Shown here: piece after piece, positions 22,098 through 36,773 of the stretch
Numbering within the stretch: the first letter of the stretch is position 1
Layout of the letters: the number at the start of each line of letters is the position of its first letter
NCBI GenBank assembly: GCA_963693365.1
Contig: CAVNZM010000010.1
Location: 1,612,001 to 1,676,000, forward strand
Length of the DNA: 64,000 nt
Source of the DNA: Amoebidium appalachense
Lineage: Eukaryota > Protista > Ichthyosporea
Direction: 5' to 3'
The notes under the pieces: generated by a model
The model's input: only the letters and a program-made list of their open reading frames with translations
Told to the model about the DNA's origin: nothing
The model's database searches: none
Translations under genes and position numbers: made by a program

Positions 22098-22170
22098 TGG
22101 AAAGCGTGTGCGTGGAAAGTGTGTGCGTCCATAGAATGTGTGTGTGTGTGCATGTGTGTGTGAATGTGTG

Positions 22171-22248
<78 letters not shown>

Positions 22249-22279
22249 TCCTGTGTGTGCGCGTGCCCATGTGTATATG

Positions 22280-22326
<47 letters not shown>

Positions 22327-23742
22327 CTGTGTGTGTGTGTGCCTGTGCGTGTGTGTGCGCGTGCATGTGTGCATGTGTGTGCGCCCGCGCGTGTGGTGCT
22401 TTGTTGGTGTGAAAGTGCCCTTAGAGATCACCGGTGGGTTTATACAAATGCAACTCGGCCCCTGCAGGAGGCCGAGCTATTGGCCCAGCCAATAGATTTA
22501 GAGAATAGATTTCCACTATTGAAAGACTCTTGATGTGCAGGGATACCATATACGGAATTTGGGAATGTACTAGCATGAGCACGATTGCTTATTCGCATGA
22601 CAAGATTAAAAAGGGACACACTGTTCTCTACCGCAGGTGCTTACACCGAACCGGTTTTGTGTTTGCAGGAGGGAAAGGGACTGGAGCAACCACAACGTCA
22701 CGAGCACGAAGATTCCGCACAAGAGCTCAAAACTAACACCAAACTGCAAGTAAACCTCCAGGATTGCACACCAGAACTGCAAACTACCACCAATCCCCAA
22801 TTAACCCTTCAAGATTCCACTCGGAATGTTCAAACTAGCGTTAAGACTCGAGAGAACCCCAAAGCCTCCACCCCAGACATCCAACCAATCGCAACGGCCC
22901 AAGCTGACCATCAAGATTCTGCAAAGGTTCTCCAAGCTACAACAATGCCCCAATCCAATTCCAATCCAATAACCTCACCAATTACATGGTGAGAGTCCCC
23001 TCCAACCCCCACCCCTTTCCTTTCTGGACATGCTCACAGAGATATGCAGCAATTCAGCCCATACCCACACAAATTGTACAAGAATTGTATCCTTTATTCG
23101 TGCAGTGTTTCTTGTATTTTCGTTGGGGTACGCATACACCTCGTAAAAGGACTATCTGTCACTGACACAACTACACGCATGATCCGTTCTGTTAGCCGAT
23201 TCACCAGTGTTTGGCAATGGTGCAAAGCATTTTTCAAAAGGGGGTATTGGACCAGTATGGAGAAAGTCAATCTTATAATCTGACGCCAATGTCAGGTAAT
23301 ATGGAGGGAATGCTGCCAAACGCCAACAGTGACTTCCATAGATTTTAAGTGGTTCCAATACAAGTCCTATTGGTCCTAGTCATTACAACCTCGCGCATTA
23401 AACTATTTCTCTACAGCTGCACACATCAAACGGTCACAACACAACCACATGTATTGAATGGTGCTAATACAACTACATACATTAGGTGGTAGTGACAGAG
23501 CCACATACAATAGGTTGTCCTCATACAAGACCTACATACAATAGGTTGTCCCTATACAAGACACACACATAATATCCTTGCATTTAGTCTTTTTTATTCA
23601 CATATAGCCCCTGGCTTTAGGAGTTTTGAGGATGACATGCGGCTGGCCTACGAGATAGCGCTCGCAAAGCACAACCCAGGCACCACGTTGGAGGATGTTG
23701 CGAATGCACTGTGGAAGGAACGCTTCATGCAATCGGTACTAG

Positions 23743-23779
<37 letters not shown>

Positions 23780-23859
23780 CTCCATGTCCTCCCCCCCCCC
23801 CCCCTCTTCCCCCTCCCCCCCGCCCCTTCCCCCTCTCTCTCCCCCCTCCCCTCCCTCTC

Positions 23860-23928
<69 letters not shown>

Positions 23929-24516
23929 CTCCCCTTCAATAGGTTAGGGAGTCGGGGATCTTTGTAGAAGCCCGGCTTATGCTCTATCTCTCTGCTTGCT
24001 TTCTTTGTTTTTTTGTCTGCTTGCAGATTTTGTAGACTCTGCGTTCTTAGATTGCTGCTCCTTGAACAACCCTGCTAACAACCCCGCTCGTCTTTGGCCA
24101 AGACGGGTGGACTCGCCTATTGCTGTTGAAACAAAGTATGGGTTGGGAACCACATGCGAGAGGTTAAAGAGTCGAAACCCACGCTTTTGTGGAGGCATAA
24201 GAACCCCCCTGATGATGGGCTCTGTTCAAGTGTCTTCTGCCTGCACACTTAATTGTTTTGATTTTGGATTTCCCACGTTTGTGACGTTTTGTTGATGCTC
24301 GTTGTTGCCTCCTCCATATTTCCAACCCTCTAACGCATACATCCCCCCCCCCCCCCCCCCCCCTCCAACCCACCCACCCACCCACCCACCAACACCAACA
24401 CCACTGCCGCCGCCACCACCACCAATATTTCTCTGCGTGGAGCATTTCTCTTAATGTTACTCTAACGTTGTGTGTGATGGTCTTGTATGGTCGTGCCATG
24501 TGCTCTATTTTGCCTC

Positions 24517-24587
<71 letters not shown>

Positions 24588-27500
24588 GAAAAGAAATATT
24601 TCTCTGCATGAAACGTTTCTCTTGGTGTATCTCTAAGTTCGATATTATAATCTTGTATGATCTTGCTATGTGCTCTATTTTGCCTTGCTACCCCCCCCCC
24701 CCCCCCCCCCGCCTGCCCCTCTTTCTTTGTGTTCCCTGCCACTCTCTAATCCATACATACCCCCCCTCCCACCCCCTCCCCCCTCCCCCTCCTCCGTGTT
24801 GCGCAATGGCTGGGACAGTGGAACTGCTGTTGTTGCTGCTCTTGCACACTTTGTACCCTATTGCGACCTGTTCGTGTCTGGCACCGTCCTGTTTTAAGCT
24901 GTGTGTCGTTGCTTGTCGTCTTGTTGTGCGTAAGTAGGATGAATTCCTCCCCCGTCCCCCACCCACACCCACCCCCCTCCCCCGTCCCCCTCCTACCCCC
25001 GCCCCCCTCCCTCTTCTGCCAGCATGACCTCTTTTCCTTCCACCTCTTCCTCATCCCCATCCCCATCACCACCACTACCACTGCCATCATCATTGCCACT
25101 CCCTTGTCGTAGCACCACAGAAGCCACAAAATCCTTCCTTATCTGAAAAGGTGTTCTTAATTTGCTAAAATACTCCGTATTTTGCTGAGTTTCTCATTCT
25201 GCATGCCGGCTTCAGAGCGTTCAGCATCGGAAATGTCGCACAATAAACTCACAATCTTACCACAGACTTTTGAACGGTGGCTCGCCATTACCCAACACAA
25301 TGGCAGCAAGTTGTACGACCTGCAGACCCCGGAAACTTCACGTACACTTGAGGAGCTTGTGCACATGTTCGAAAAAAAGGTCGGTGCTTCTCCCCCCCCC
25401 TTCCCCCCCCCCCCCCCCCCCCCCCCTTCCCACCTCCCCCTCCGTAGCAATGGAGACGATGGGCTCTGTTCAGGTTTCCTTGGCATTCTCTACGGTTTTA
25501 CGATGTTTTCCCCGTTTTTCCTTGCAGACAAGCACATCCCACCAGCAGGAAGTACGCAAAAAGGCCATGTCATTTTGTGATTCTAAAGTGCACTCCAAAC
25601 ACAATAGTTTCAATTTGTTCATAGGCTTTGGTAGCTGCTGGTTGATATGGCAAACACTCAGCACAGTCTACGTTCGGCCTAGAGCGGAATGGAACCACCC
25701 CCCCCCCCCTCCCCCCTCCCCCTCCCCCTCTCCCTCCTCCACTCCCTTCCCCGCCACACCTCAAACCTATTTTACAGCTTAGAAAGGCTGTACAGTAAGG
25801 GAGAGGATCTATGTTGTGTGCCAAATTATATAGGCCGCATTAGTAGCTCTGAGTACTTCACATACACATGGTGGGTGCCATCTTGATAGGTAGCACCACA
25901 CTGCGACTGTGGGGAGGGGAAGGGCTGGGTGGGGGGGGGGGGGGGGGGGTCTCTTTGTCGAGCATAGGTCTATATTTGACATCAAGCAACCAGTTCAAAC
26001 AGTTTTCTTTCTTGAATTCTCGTTGTTCTCTTGGTCAGCATCACATATACCTGCCAGCAAAATACAGGTGAAACATTACCACAACACACCGGTGAAAATT
26101 CACCACAACGCACAGGTGAAAATATACCATTGGGAGCAACAAGCATCCATTGAGCCACCAACAGTGTCGCAACCTGCCGCTGTTGAGAACACCGATGTTT
26201 CCGGCTTCAAAACACCAACGAATCAACATGCTAGTGTTCATGAACTCGGTGGAGGATTTGATGTTCGGAGTGGGCAGTTGCATTCAAAAAATGAAAATGA
26301 GGTGCCTGCACAGACACATGTGCAGGGAACGGTAGTTCATGCAGCTCAAACCGAAACGCCTAATAAGCGGTGTGTCCCCCCCTCCCCCCTCTCCCCCCCC
26401 CTTCCCTCCCCCCCGCGCCGCCCCCTCATCCTGTCTCTAACACACGGACACGGGCACGTGCGCGCAGCACACATCCACATACGCGTGCGCGCAGCAACAC
26501 ATCACACACGCGTCCGTGCACACGCACACGCGCGCACACACACATGCGCACACCTACACAATTTCTTTCTCGCTATCTGTATCTGTCTCTCTCTCTCTAT
26601 ATATGTATGTATGTATATAATCTCTATCTATCTCCATTTCTATCTCTCTCTCTCTCTCGCTCTCTCTCCCCCCCTCTCCCTCCCTCCCTTCCTCCCTCCC
26701 TCCTTCCCTCTCTCTCCGTCTCTGTCTCTGTACCCCCTCCCTCCCTCCCTCCCTGCCTCCCTCTCTCCTTCTCTCCCTCCTAACCCCCCTCTCTCTTCCT
26801 CCCTTTCTCCTCTGCTCCCTCCTAACCTACCGCCGTCCCTCCCTTCCCCTCCCCCGCTTCCCCCTCCCTTCTTCCTTTCCCCTGCCAGTCAACGGCTGCT
26901 TCCCCCTCCTCCCATTTCCTTTTCTCCCTCCCACGCGCACACACACACACACACACACATTGACCCACTTCTCACCAATCGCATCAGGTCGTCGTTGTGG
27001 CTGCTTGTGTGAATCAAACATGTCAGCAAGCCCTCCGCGCCTCCCCCCCGCCTTCTTGCCCTCTCCTTTGAGCTCTCTCTCAGGCTAGGCTTTCACATGT
27101 TCGCCTCCCTCTCCTCTCCCTCCCTCCCTCCTTTTTTACCCCCCCCCCCCCCCCCCCCCCCCCCTCCCCCCGCCCCCCTGCAGTCTCTCACAAAGGAAAC
27201 GAAAGCACCAAAACATTGAGGGAATGGGGTTCTGACTGCCAATCCAACAGAGGGGAACCGTTCGACGATGCCACTTCTGCCCCTCTCAGCAGCACGGAAA
27301 TAAATCCCCAATCACAAGTAGCGCTAGCCACGAGTTTATCGCAATTGGCAAATTCCATAAATCCTCTTTTGCCGACTCAGGCCGCTTCTGAAGGACAGTA
27401 TGACCATCAATCTATCGAGCCAACCACCCCTGTTCTAGATCAGCAAACCGAAGCATCACCACCACCACCACACACACCTGCGTTTGACGAAGAAGAGATA

Positions 27501-28475
27501 TATTCTGTGAATGACGATATGCATGAACGAGATTTTCACGATTATCTGAATGCCGAAATTGAACCGTATCACGCAAACGATCCGTTTGAGCAAAATTACC
27601 TCGACGAGCCACTTTTAAGGGATGTTATCGATGCAGCCGGTTTTGACGACCACACGCTATCAGAATACGATGTGTATGGAACGGGAGAACCGGATCCGTT
27701 CGAACAAAACTACGTTGAAGAGCCGTTGTATGAAGAAGATGAACTGGATTCCACGCATGCATCCGATGGATGTTATCGTGTTGAAACTGCAATAACACCA
27801 GTGGCCGAAGAACAACACACGAACCAATCACAACCACCTCGTGAAACGCGAAAGGCAAAGGCAGCAGCTTTAATGAAGGTATGTCTTTCTCTAAGTGGAT
27901 GTTTTCAGATATCCTTATATGGCAGTTGTTAAAAAAAGGATATTGCACCATATGTAGGAGCAGCCAGAACACATGCTATTTCGTCGTCAATATCACGTGA
28001 AAGTTCGGTAGAACTGACATCATAAAGCTGTCGCCTTGCAAGATTAGACATACCTACACATACGTTTTTTTTTTTGTCAGCATAAAACTGCCCTTCAAGC
28101 AAACTGGGGCACTAGACAGGTGTTATCCGTTCAGCGGTAGAAATTGAACCAATAATCGAGTGTATTCCGCTTGGTATGGTTGTGTAAAAGTGTGTGTATG
28201 GGTGTATGCACCGTAGATGTTTGCATGTGTGCTTGGGCATGGGTGGATGGGTGGGCCACCGATCAAATGGGTGGGTGGGGTTGACTTGTAAAAATGGGTG
28301 AGGAATTTTTGGGAGGGAGGAGAGGGGAGAAGGGGGGGGGGGGGGGGGGGGACTTTGCAGGTGAGAGGGCACGGTCGTATATAATTGGAGCAGTAGGGGC
28401 GCCTGGGGGGGGGGGGGGGGGGGGAGGGGGGGGGGCATGTAATTGACATGCTAATGGTGCGTGTGTGTGTGTGTG

Positions 28476-28521
<46 letters not shown>

Positions 28522-29043
28522 GGGTGCGCGCACGCACACGTATGCGCGTGTGTGTATGTGTGTGTGTGTGTGTGTGTGTGTTAGGGAAGGAGAGGGGGGG
28601 GGGGGGAGGGGGTTCTGTCCAATAGTTTATTTTTTCAGGTGGTTAGTACTCATGCCATCATATTTCGTTTCCATGATTTTTGCAGCAGTCCGAATCTAAA
28701 GTTGACCAGCAAACCGCTGGCTGGCTCGTGACAGTGGACCTGTTGACTCAGAGGTATGCCTTCCCCCGCCCTCCCCTCCCCCCCCCCTCCCCCCCCCCCC
28801 TCCCCCCCCCCCCCCCCTTCTTTCCCCAGTCACACACACGGACAGAGAAAGAGGGAAGAAGGGGGGGGGGGGGGGGGGGGGGGGGGAGAGAGAGAGAGAG
28901 AGAGAGAGCATCACACACTCGTACAAAATCGCCACCCGGAGGGGGGGGAGGGGAGGGGAGGAGAGAGAGAGAGGATTAAGAGTGAGAGGGGGGCGGGGAG
29001 AGCGACAGAGAGAAAGGAAGAGAAGAGAGAGGGAGGGAGAGAG

Positions 29044-29115
<72 letters not shown>

Positions 29116-30507
29116 GATAGACACTCACCTACCACCCGGATGGGCTCAACACACATTGTGTATGCTCTGTCTATCTTTCAGTGCCTGCTAGTTAAATTTC
29201 CGGCACTCTGTTATGTTGCAGTACATCTTTGCATGTAGACATCAGAGTATTTGATTGATATGGCACAATACTTATTCTTTTTTTCCGGATCTGCCAAACC
29301 AAGAAACTCTACATGAACGTGAAGGACTATGCAAGCATTTCTCAATTGCATGCATGGAATTCTCTTTGCATGGCGATTCCCTAAGAATAGACATCCCGTA
29401 CGCGTTAAACACCAATCAGTCCACTCGGCTTGATTGGCCCCCACCGGCTGTAAGCCACTTTGTGAAGTTATTTCTTGTAAGTCTAATTGGTCGTTGCAGA
29501 GAAAGGCCGACATAGACGGTAGAGCGGGTTTTCTTAAGCCGATTTATGGGCCCTTTCGGGTCAGGCCAACATGCTGTTTGGTGCGCATCTTGCCAATCAT
29601 AAAGCAACAGTCGCTCTCGGGTATGATCCGTCCCAGATCTCTTAAATCAGCCTCCTTAACAGTGCCATCATCACTGATCATTGTTTGTTCAGGCTGGAGT
29701 CACCCAATGTCGGCAGCCACAGCAAATATTACTACTATTACAATAGAGGGTTGGTGTATGAGAAGCTGGCCGGCAAGAACGAGCAGGACCCACTGGAGGC
29801 AGGGAAACACCTTGAGCGATCGCTTAGAGACTATGGGTTGGCAATCACGTCCAACAGTGATCGGTATGAAGGTGTGTGAGATTCCCTTTCTAAACAGCAC
29901 AACAGACTTTGTGTGTGTGTGTGCGTCGATGCATGCATGTGTGCGTGCGTGCGTGGGTACGTGTGTGCGTGCGTTCGAGAGTGAGTGCATGCATGGGCGC
30001 GTGTTGGGCGCGCGTTTCCTTTTCTTCGGATTGTTATTTTTGCCCTGCCGTGACCTACTTCATCTTTCACTCACTTCTTTCCCCTCTGCCATCCCATCTC
30101 CCTTCAATGTAAAAGCTTCGATGCTGTTTTCTCTGTTTATCTCATGATTTCCTTTTAGTATTTAATATTCCGGACGGCATTCCTAAACAATTTACATGGT
30201 GTCTTAATATGCACAAATGATTGGACACTCCTTTTGAAGTTTGGTGATTGAAGGATGGAACAGAAGTTATGGATCCCCCCTCCCCCCCATACACACACAC
30301 AAACACTCTCTCCCCCCTCCCTCCCTCCCTCCCTCCCTCCCTCCCTCCCTCCATCCATCCCTCCATCCCTCCATCCATCCCTCCCTGCCTCCCTCCCTCC
30401 CTGACTCCCTCCGTCCCTCCCTGCCTCCCTCCCTCTCTCCCTCCCTCCCTCCCTCCCTCCCTCCCTCCCTCCCTCCCTCCCTCCCCTCCCCCCCCTCCCC
30501 CCTCCCT

Positions 30508-30575
<68 letters not shown>

Positions 30576-30578
30576 GCT

Positions 30579-30628
<50 letters not shown>

Positions 30629-31583
30629 AATGATAATAAATAAGAATCGCAATGATATCAGTAAAAAGATATTTAAAACTTTGACCCATTACTTTTATTC
30701 ACAGCTTTTTTTAGCCGATCAACAATCCAGCTGAACCTGGGCAGACTGGATGAGGCTCTGTCGGATGCCGAGTCTGCGTTTCAGCTCAAGCAGGGAAATA
30801 AACCTGTTCGCCGTCTCTTACGAATGTTGCAGGGTGCGTCCACATTCCCCATGTGTGTTGAGTTTCTTTCCTTCTTTCTTTCTTTCTTTTGCATGTGCCT
30901 TTTGGTGAACTTTCATGAGTTTTGTTGGTATGTGCAGTATGCAGGCAGTTCGTTTACTAAACCAGCTAATCGTGCTCGGTAGTGTACGTGTCAAAGCAGT
31001 ACATGGAATGATCACCCCCTCCTCCCCCATCTTTACACACACGCACGCACGCACGCGCGCGCACACACACACACACTCACTCACTCACTCACTCACTCAC
31101 TCACTCACTCACTCACTCACTCACTCACTCACGCACGCACGCACGCACGCACGCACACACACACAACATTTTGAATATTCTTCACACAGTGTATGTTTGC
31201 AACTTGAGTTGTGCTGCTCGTTGTATTGAGCACTCCTCTTTGTTGGATCTTATGTTGCTGTGTTGCCTTTCAAATACTGACGCCTGACAGGCGGCGAGGG
31301 CCCAATCTGCATTATCTATCAAACTCCTGGTATTTCCCCTAAACAAAAAACACCATTTGCCCCTTTGGTTATTCTGCATCTGTCTTGTGTCGGCCTTTCC
31401 CTTCTTTTTTCATTCTTTGGCCCCAACCCGTTCCACTTCGATGTGTTGTTGAGTTACATGCTTCCCTACTACCTCTTCCCCACCGCACTCACGCACACAC
31501 GCCGTATATGCCACAGGAGCTGGTATTCAAACCACACGCTCAAGAGCACACACCAAATGCCTCTAACATTAAACTTATCTCCC

Positions 31584-31632
<49 letters not shown>

Positions 31633-31983
31633 ATCCCCCTCTTCCCTTCCCCAGCTGCCCCACCCCCCATCCCCCCATCCCCCCTCTCCCCTACTTCATT
31701 CATCTCCTTCGCCCCTCTCTTCATCTTTACCTTCCTCCGTCCCTTCCTCCCTCCCTCTCCGCCACCTATCCTACTCTGTCCCTCCTTTCTCTCCACTCCC
31801 CCCCCCCCCTAATATTTTTCTGTTTGTTTTTGTGCAGTGATGAAGGAATTTGCAACCCAACACAACATGCGTCAACCTCTCAGCAGCGACGACCTGAAAC
31901 GGTTGTTGGACATCAAACCCGTTCCGGACCAAGAAAATGACATCACTCCGCAGGCTGATGCATCGAGATTACCGGGTGCGTAA
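12639..31983 (+). CDS. Gene A: spliced protein with degenerate Myb/SANT-like repeats, a disordered/acidic middle and C-terminal TPRs; 5' end uncertain
   Basis: Inferred exons: 12639-12790, 13485-13546 (KKDWTPEE), 14626-14705 (DVLL...[16 protein letters not shown]), 15550-15631, ~16178-16254, 18057-18096 (KPWTPEE), ~19727-19812, 21292-21331 (KLWTAEE), 22669-22988, 23621-23735 (WSFEDDMRL...LEDVANALW), 25266-25379 (TFERW), 26068-26369, 27251-27878, 28686-28753, 29693-29871 ([11 protein letters not shown]...DYGLAI), 30705-30833 ([19 protein letters not shown]), 31838-31983 (TAA). Phases are consistent from 12790 onward; the exons at 15.5-19.8 kb are less certain. Confidence 0.7.
12993..13076 (+). 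repeat. 42-bp direct tandem duplication
   Basis: ttcgtgattttccgatgcctttatcctgctgcctctccaagg occurs twice in tandem. Confidence 0.9.
15134..15445. repeat. Degenerate minisatellite with ~22-bp period, core TTCCATATTAGGAA (~14 units)
   Basis: CC...GG cores start at 15134, 15162, 15184, 15228, 15250, 15272 and continue with decay to ~15445. Confidence 0.85.
17100..17757. mobile_element. Non-autonomous DNA transposon (MITE), 658 bp, 11-bp TIR, 9-bp TSD (Mutator-like TSD length)
   Basis: TSD caccaaagt at 17091-17099 and 17758-17766. TIR tagccccaaat / atttggggcta. Absent from the homologous position of the sister module (~20930). Inner inverted pair at 17168-17187 / 17644-17663. Confidence 0.88.
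18118..18972 (+). repeat. Tandem array of ~17 essentially identical 51-bp units (ttcaccgttttgctcaccttgcttgcataagcaaccctgctcgtctttact)
   Basis: Directly visible. Translates as ([17 protein letters not shown])n, ([17 protein letters not shown])n and, on the minus strand, ([17 protein letters not shown])n. No spacers. Confidence 0.97.
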
Positions 31984-33132
31984 TTGCAAATGGGGACAAC
32001 TGTTGGGGTGACTGTCGTTTGTGAGTTTGTTGGTGTTGTTGGTGGTGTTGTCTTTTGGTGGGGGAGGGGGGGGGGTCTGTGTGTGTGTTGGGGGGGGGGG
32101 GGGTTCGAGATAAGGTTGATATATGAAGGCCTTTCTGCTAAAGTAATGAGTGAACGAAAGAAGTCACTAGGCCCCGGAAGTAAGGGAAAAGGTTAAATTA
32201 TCAGAGGGTGCTCAAGGATTGGTGTATAGACGAACTTGGCGTTATTTAGTAACTGGATCGAGTGGGCGTAAAAAAAAAAAAAAGTTGAGTGCTATAGGCC
32301 CCGGAAGTGTGGGGATGCCATACTTTGTTGTTCGACTCGAGAGTCTTCGTATCTCTGCTTCTCTGCTAGCTGATTTAAAGGTTTTGCTGTTCAAAGTTCC
32401 CATCACTAAAATGCGAGTTGCTCAGCCTTTAATTTGAGATATACGTGGCGTATGAATGGGGCTCTTTTTTATTTATTGTACTCTTTGTTTCCTTTTTTTC
32501 CCTAGAACACGTAGGTATATGGGTATGAATACAAAGTGCTTGCTTGCTACTGATTGAATATGTCAATTGTGGATGGCTGCCAGTAGATACACCAACGAAT
32601 GTGATTCATTTGACTGTAATTGTTCTGTACATAATGCGTGTAAGTGCCACATGTCTTATAATTTTTAATTAAGCCTACCTATACTGCCTGAAGATCGCAT
32701 GATGATAGTGTGATATGAATAAATGCTATGAAGTCGCGGTCAGGGGTTGGGCAGTCTTGCAAAATTCGGGGATTTAAACCTTGACACCCTTGATGGGCCG
32801 TTTTGACAAAGTTTGGTGCAAGCGAATGCCCCCCTCCTGTTGGGACTCCGGTTTTTTCTCACTCCCTCCCTCCCTTGATGCCCACTTGCCCAGAGGCTAT
32901 ATATATTAGCCCTGTCCCTTCCTTCCCGGGGACCCCCCCCCCCCCCTCCTCCCCCCCACGGACCTTACCCTCCATATTCCCTACCAGCTCTCCTCCTCAC
33001 TCCCCTTCAATTGTAAGATCGTCCTCCCGATCATGATCAGGGAAGCATCCTCCCCATCCCCCTCTACCCTACCTCTTTCCCCTTCCCCTCCCCCCTTCCC
33101 CTTCCCCCTACTAAACGGCAATGTACGTGTGC

Positions 33133-33167
<35 letters not shown>

Positions 33168-33170
33168 ACA

Positions 33171-33241
<71 letters not shown>

Positions 33242-33362
33242 TGTGCGCAAAATGGTGCATAGCTATGAACACTGTGGCTGATGCGCGCATCACAGGCTCT
33301 GAAGAGCAGATTGCCAAAGCATAGGTTGCAAGACGGATACTTGTGCACGGGGGAGACCGTGA

Positions 33363-33413
<51 letters not shown>

Positions 33414-34044
33414 CTTCCAACCCAACAACAAAAAGAAAACACATATTTCCACATATAGTGATATTAACAATAATATTGTAACGTCGGTATATCTTGTTGG
33501 GCAGAGGCCTGTAGGCGCTGTTGGTTAAGATGCCGACATCATCGTCACAGCTCACATGCATGTCGTTTCCATGTAATAAAACCCAGCATATTATGATGTG
33601 CCAGCTCGATCGGATCTTGCTTTTTTTTTTTTTTCAGAGGAGGCCGGGGGAAGGGGGAGGGGGCCCGGGGGGAAGAGGAGAAGGGGGGACTTCTCCCTGG
33701 TAGACCCATCCCCTCATTCCCCAATCCCCTCCGGGGGTTTAAATGGGTCCCCCTCTCTCTCCCCCCTCCCCCCTCCCCCCGAGGACTCACCTGGGCAAGT
33801 GGGGTGGTGGGTCCCCTCCCTCCCCTTCCAGCACCACCACGTCCACCCCACCTCAACGTGCGCGTGATGGCCAAACATTTCTTTTCCACCGATACCCACC
33901 GGCTGTCACGTGTGATTCAATTCGTTGCCGGAGCAGTCAAACTTTACTGAACTCGGAATCAATATTGGGGACAAGGTGGCCGTGCATGCTCACCGTGCAG
34001 TGTTCGTGTGCTTGTTTGTGGCAGGGAATGTATGTGTGTGTGGT
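23974..34044 (+). repeat. Left arm of large inverted repeat
   Basis: Colinear reverse complement of 42585-51388 across exons, introns and downstream region; scattered substitutions and microsatellite length differences. Confidence 0.95.
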
Positions 34045-34425
34045 GTGGGTGAGTGCATCGATATCTGGATGAACATGATATGCATATCATATATCATTGT
34101 ATCGGGTGCACATTGCTGGCAAAAGTTTGTACAAGCGCGCACCCCGTGTGCGTGCGTGGTGCATGGGTGTGCAGGCACGTGATGATCAAATACGAAAAAG
34201 TGTACGTGTGCTGCAGGTGCGCCCGGTGGCCGGCGCCTAGAGACGACAGCTTTAAGTATTGCCAGATTACCATCCTAGCCCTAGCATGAAGAGCCACCAG
34301 TGCACCGGTGGCAGGAGGTGGTCGGTGGTTTACGTAACGTTTGTGTAGTGTGGACAGTGCCCCGTGACCCTACAAAGCACATAAAAATGGTGTGAACTTT
34401 CCAAGCTCCCGGCACACTAGTGCCC

Positions 34426-34464
<39 letters not shown>

Positions 34465-35264
34465 ACCTTCCGACTTTGTTAGCTCTCACGAAGACGTTGT
34501 ATAATGACGACAAAAACCCGCCTCCACGCTCATAATCTGACCTCCCTCTCCCCTTACAAATATACAAATTCTTTAGAGCTACCACGAATCACTTGAAACA
34601 CGTCACAGGAAGAGGCAAAACCACACCTGGGATTAACACATCTCCTTGACCAAAAGCCACCTGTTCCTAATTCGCTGCAAGTTTCCTGATTATCCACTTA
34701 TCCTACCACAAAAAAGACCGCAAAACTCGACTTGACGCCTAGGGCATTACCTCTTTCCCAATAGGCTCCTCTTTGGCAGGGGCATCTTTCGGTTGGTTGG
34801 CGGTGGGAGCTGTAGGACCACCAGTGCCCTTTTCACCATCCGTTTTATGTTCCTGAGAACCTTCAGGCGGTGAGGTACTCTTGGCCTCCTTGCGCGGTTT
34901 CCCCATGTCGCCTAACCGTCATTGAAGTCTCGAGCTGTTTAGAACCTTTAGAACCTAGAGCTACCAGCGAAAAGCACGAAAACCTTCGTCCTTGTATCTT
35001 GAGCCTCGAGGCACACTCGCTCTTTTTCAAAGTAAGTTAGGCACGTACCTTCGGAATGTACCTGACGGAGATTCCCGCACATGACTGTTGTAGCTGCAGG
35101 CACTTGCAGGTAAGTAAAAGAGACTGCCAATTGGCCCTATCATTTATAACAAAAAGATCACCAACCGAAACAATTGTTTAATTGTTGTCTGACATTTCGA
35201 GTCGCACCGCTCCACCTCGACCCGAACCTCTAGGTCAAGATCCCGCAGGTGCTTTTCCCCCGCA

Positions 35265-36669
35265 GACGCCTGCAAAGATTGTTCGATGTAGTGTCAGAGT
35301 GGTGCAAGGCAAACCTTATGATCCTTAACATAGACAAATGTGGTGTTCTTGTACCTGATATAGCTAACAATTTACACACATTTACATTATCATCTAAACC
35401 TGTACCTATAGTTCCAGAATACAAATATCTTGGTGTTCCGGTTGATTCTGTTGTGGTGCAAGGCAAACCTTATGATCCTTAACATAGACAAATGTGGTGT
35501 TCTTGTACCTGATATAGCTAACAATTTACACACATTTACATTATCATCTAAACCTGTACCTATAGTTCCAGAATACAAATATCTTGGTGTTCCGGTTGAT
35601 TCTGTTGGTGTTATGTTTCCCCATATGGTCGAAAAGAGGGTAGAGTTGGCTCGTAAGCGGTTAGCTTTCTTCTCGGCTAATATTTTTAAAGACACACCCC
35701 TCCATCCTTCTATTAGACTTACATTTATTCGCACTTTTGTCTTCCCGGCATGTGAATATGGTTTACCCCTTCTCGCCGCTTGGATCAAGAAAGAGAGAAC
35801 TAGAGCGCTTAAACCCTTGGCAAATTTCCTTGAAGCAGAAGTTGCCTCCTTTCTATCTAACAACTGTTGTAAACCTGGGCCTGTAACGCTCTCGATATAT
35901 GGTCTGGTCCCAATAGCTGCTAGAGTATCCTATCTCGCGCTGAAATTCAATAAGCACATAAGCCGCTTAAAGAAGTATTTGCCCTCCCACCCTCTCTTCT
36001 CTATCCGACCTGTCCCCTCCTCACCTCTCCCCTCTTTCCTCCCCTCTCTCTCCCCTTCTCCCCTGGGCACAAATACAAATAAACCCCGCAATAGTGTGTG
36101 TGTGACTTTGGACTGCCACTTACTTATTAAACATGTACACAATCACAAGATAATCACGCAATATAACAAATGGAAAAAGATACCACACGACACTAGACCC
36201 GATGAAAGCATACACCTTGAAAAACTAAGCCTTATGTCTCGTTTTATATATACTGACCGCCTCAACCATATTGCCAAATATGGCACTCGCAAGTGTATAA
36301 CACCTAAATACATATTACCTTCCTGTAGAACTGGTCTTTCTCTAGCTGATGGTATTATTGATCAATTACCACGCTTTTACTGTACACGTGCTATACAGTG
36401 GAGATCTAATAAGTATAAGGTGGCATCATTTGCATGCCCAAACAACACACACACACACCAGTTTAACCGGTCATGTATCGCCAAATGTAGTTTGATAGAC
36501 CACATAATACCGCAACACACACACGTCACATTCACAACAGACACCCAGAAAGATAGCCTACCTGTAAATTACAACATCCTTGATTTTATACTAAACACGC
36601 GTAACTACGACCTGTTTATTAGATGTATTGATTGGCTTGAGAAACACATCACTACAAAATTATAGCGCA

Positions 36670-36740
<71 letters not shown>

Positions 36741-36773
36741 CCAGCTGATACCGAGTGTCCCGAGGGGAGCCCC

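Noticed and set aside
23490-23565. ~30-bp tandem duplication catacaataggttgtcc...atacaagac
   Set aside because: Ordinary slippage duplication with no sign of function.
29211-29690. ORFs within a gene A intron (mirrored at 47023-47512)
   Set aside because: The flanking exons join in phase without them, and an indel differs between the arms.
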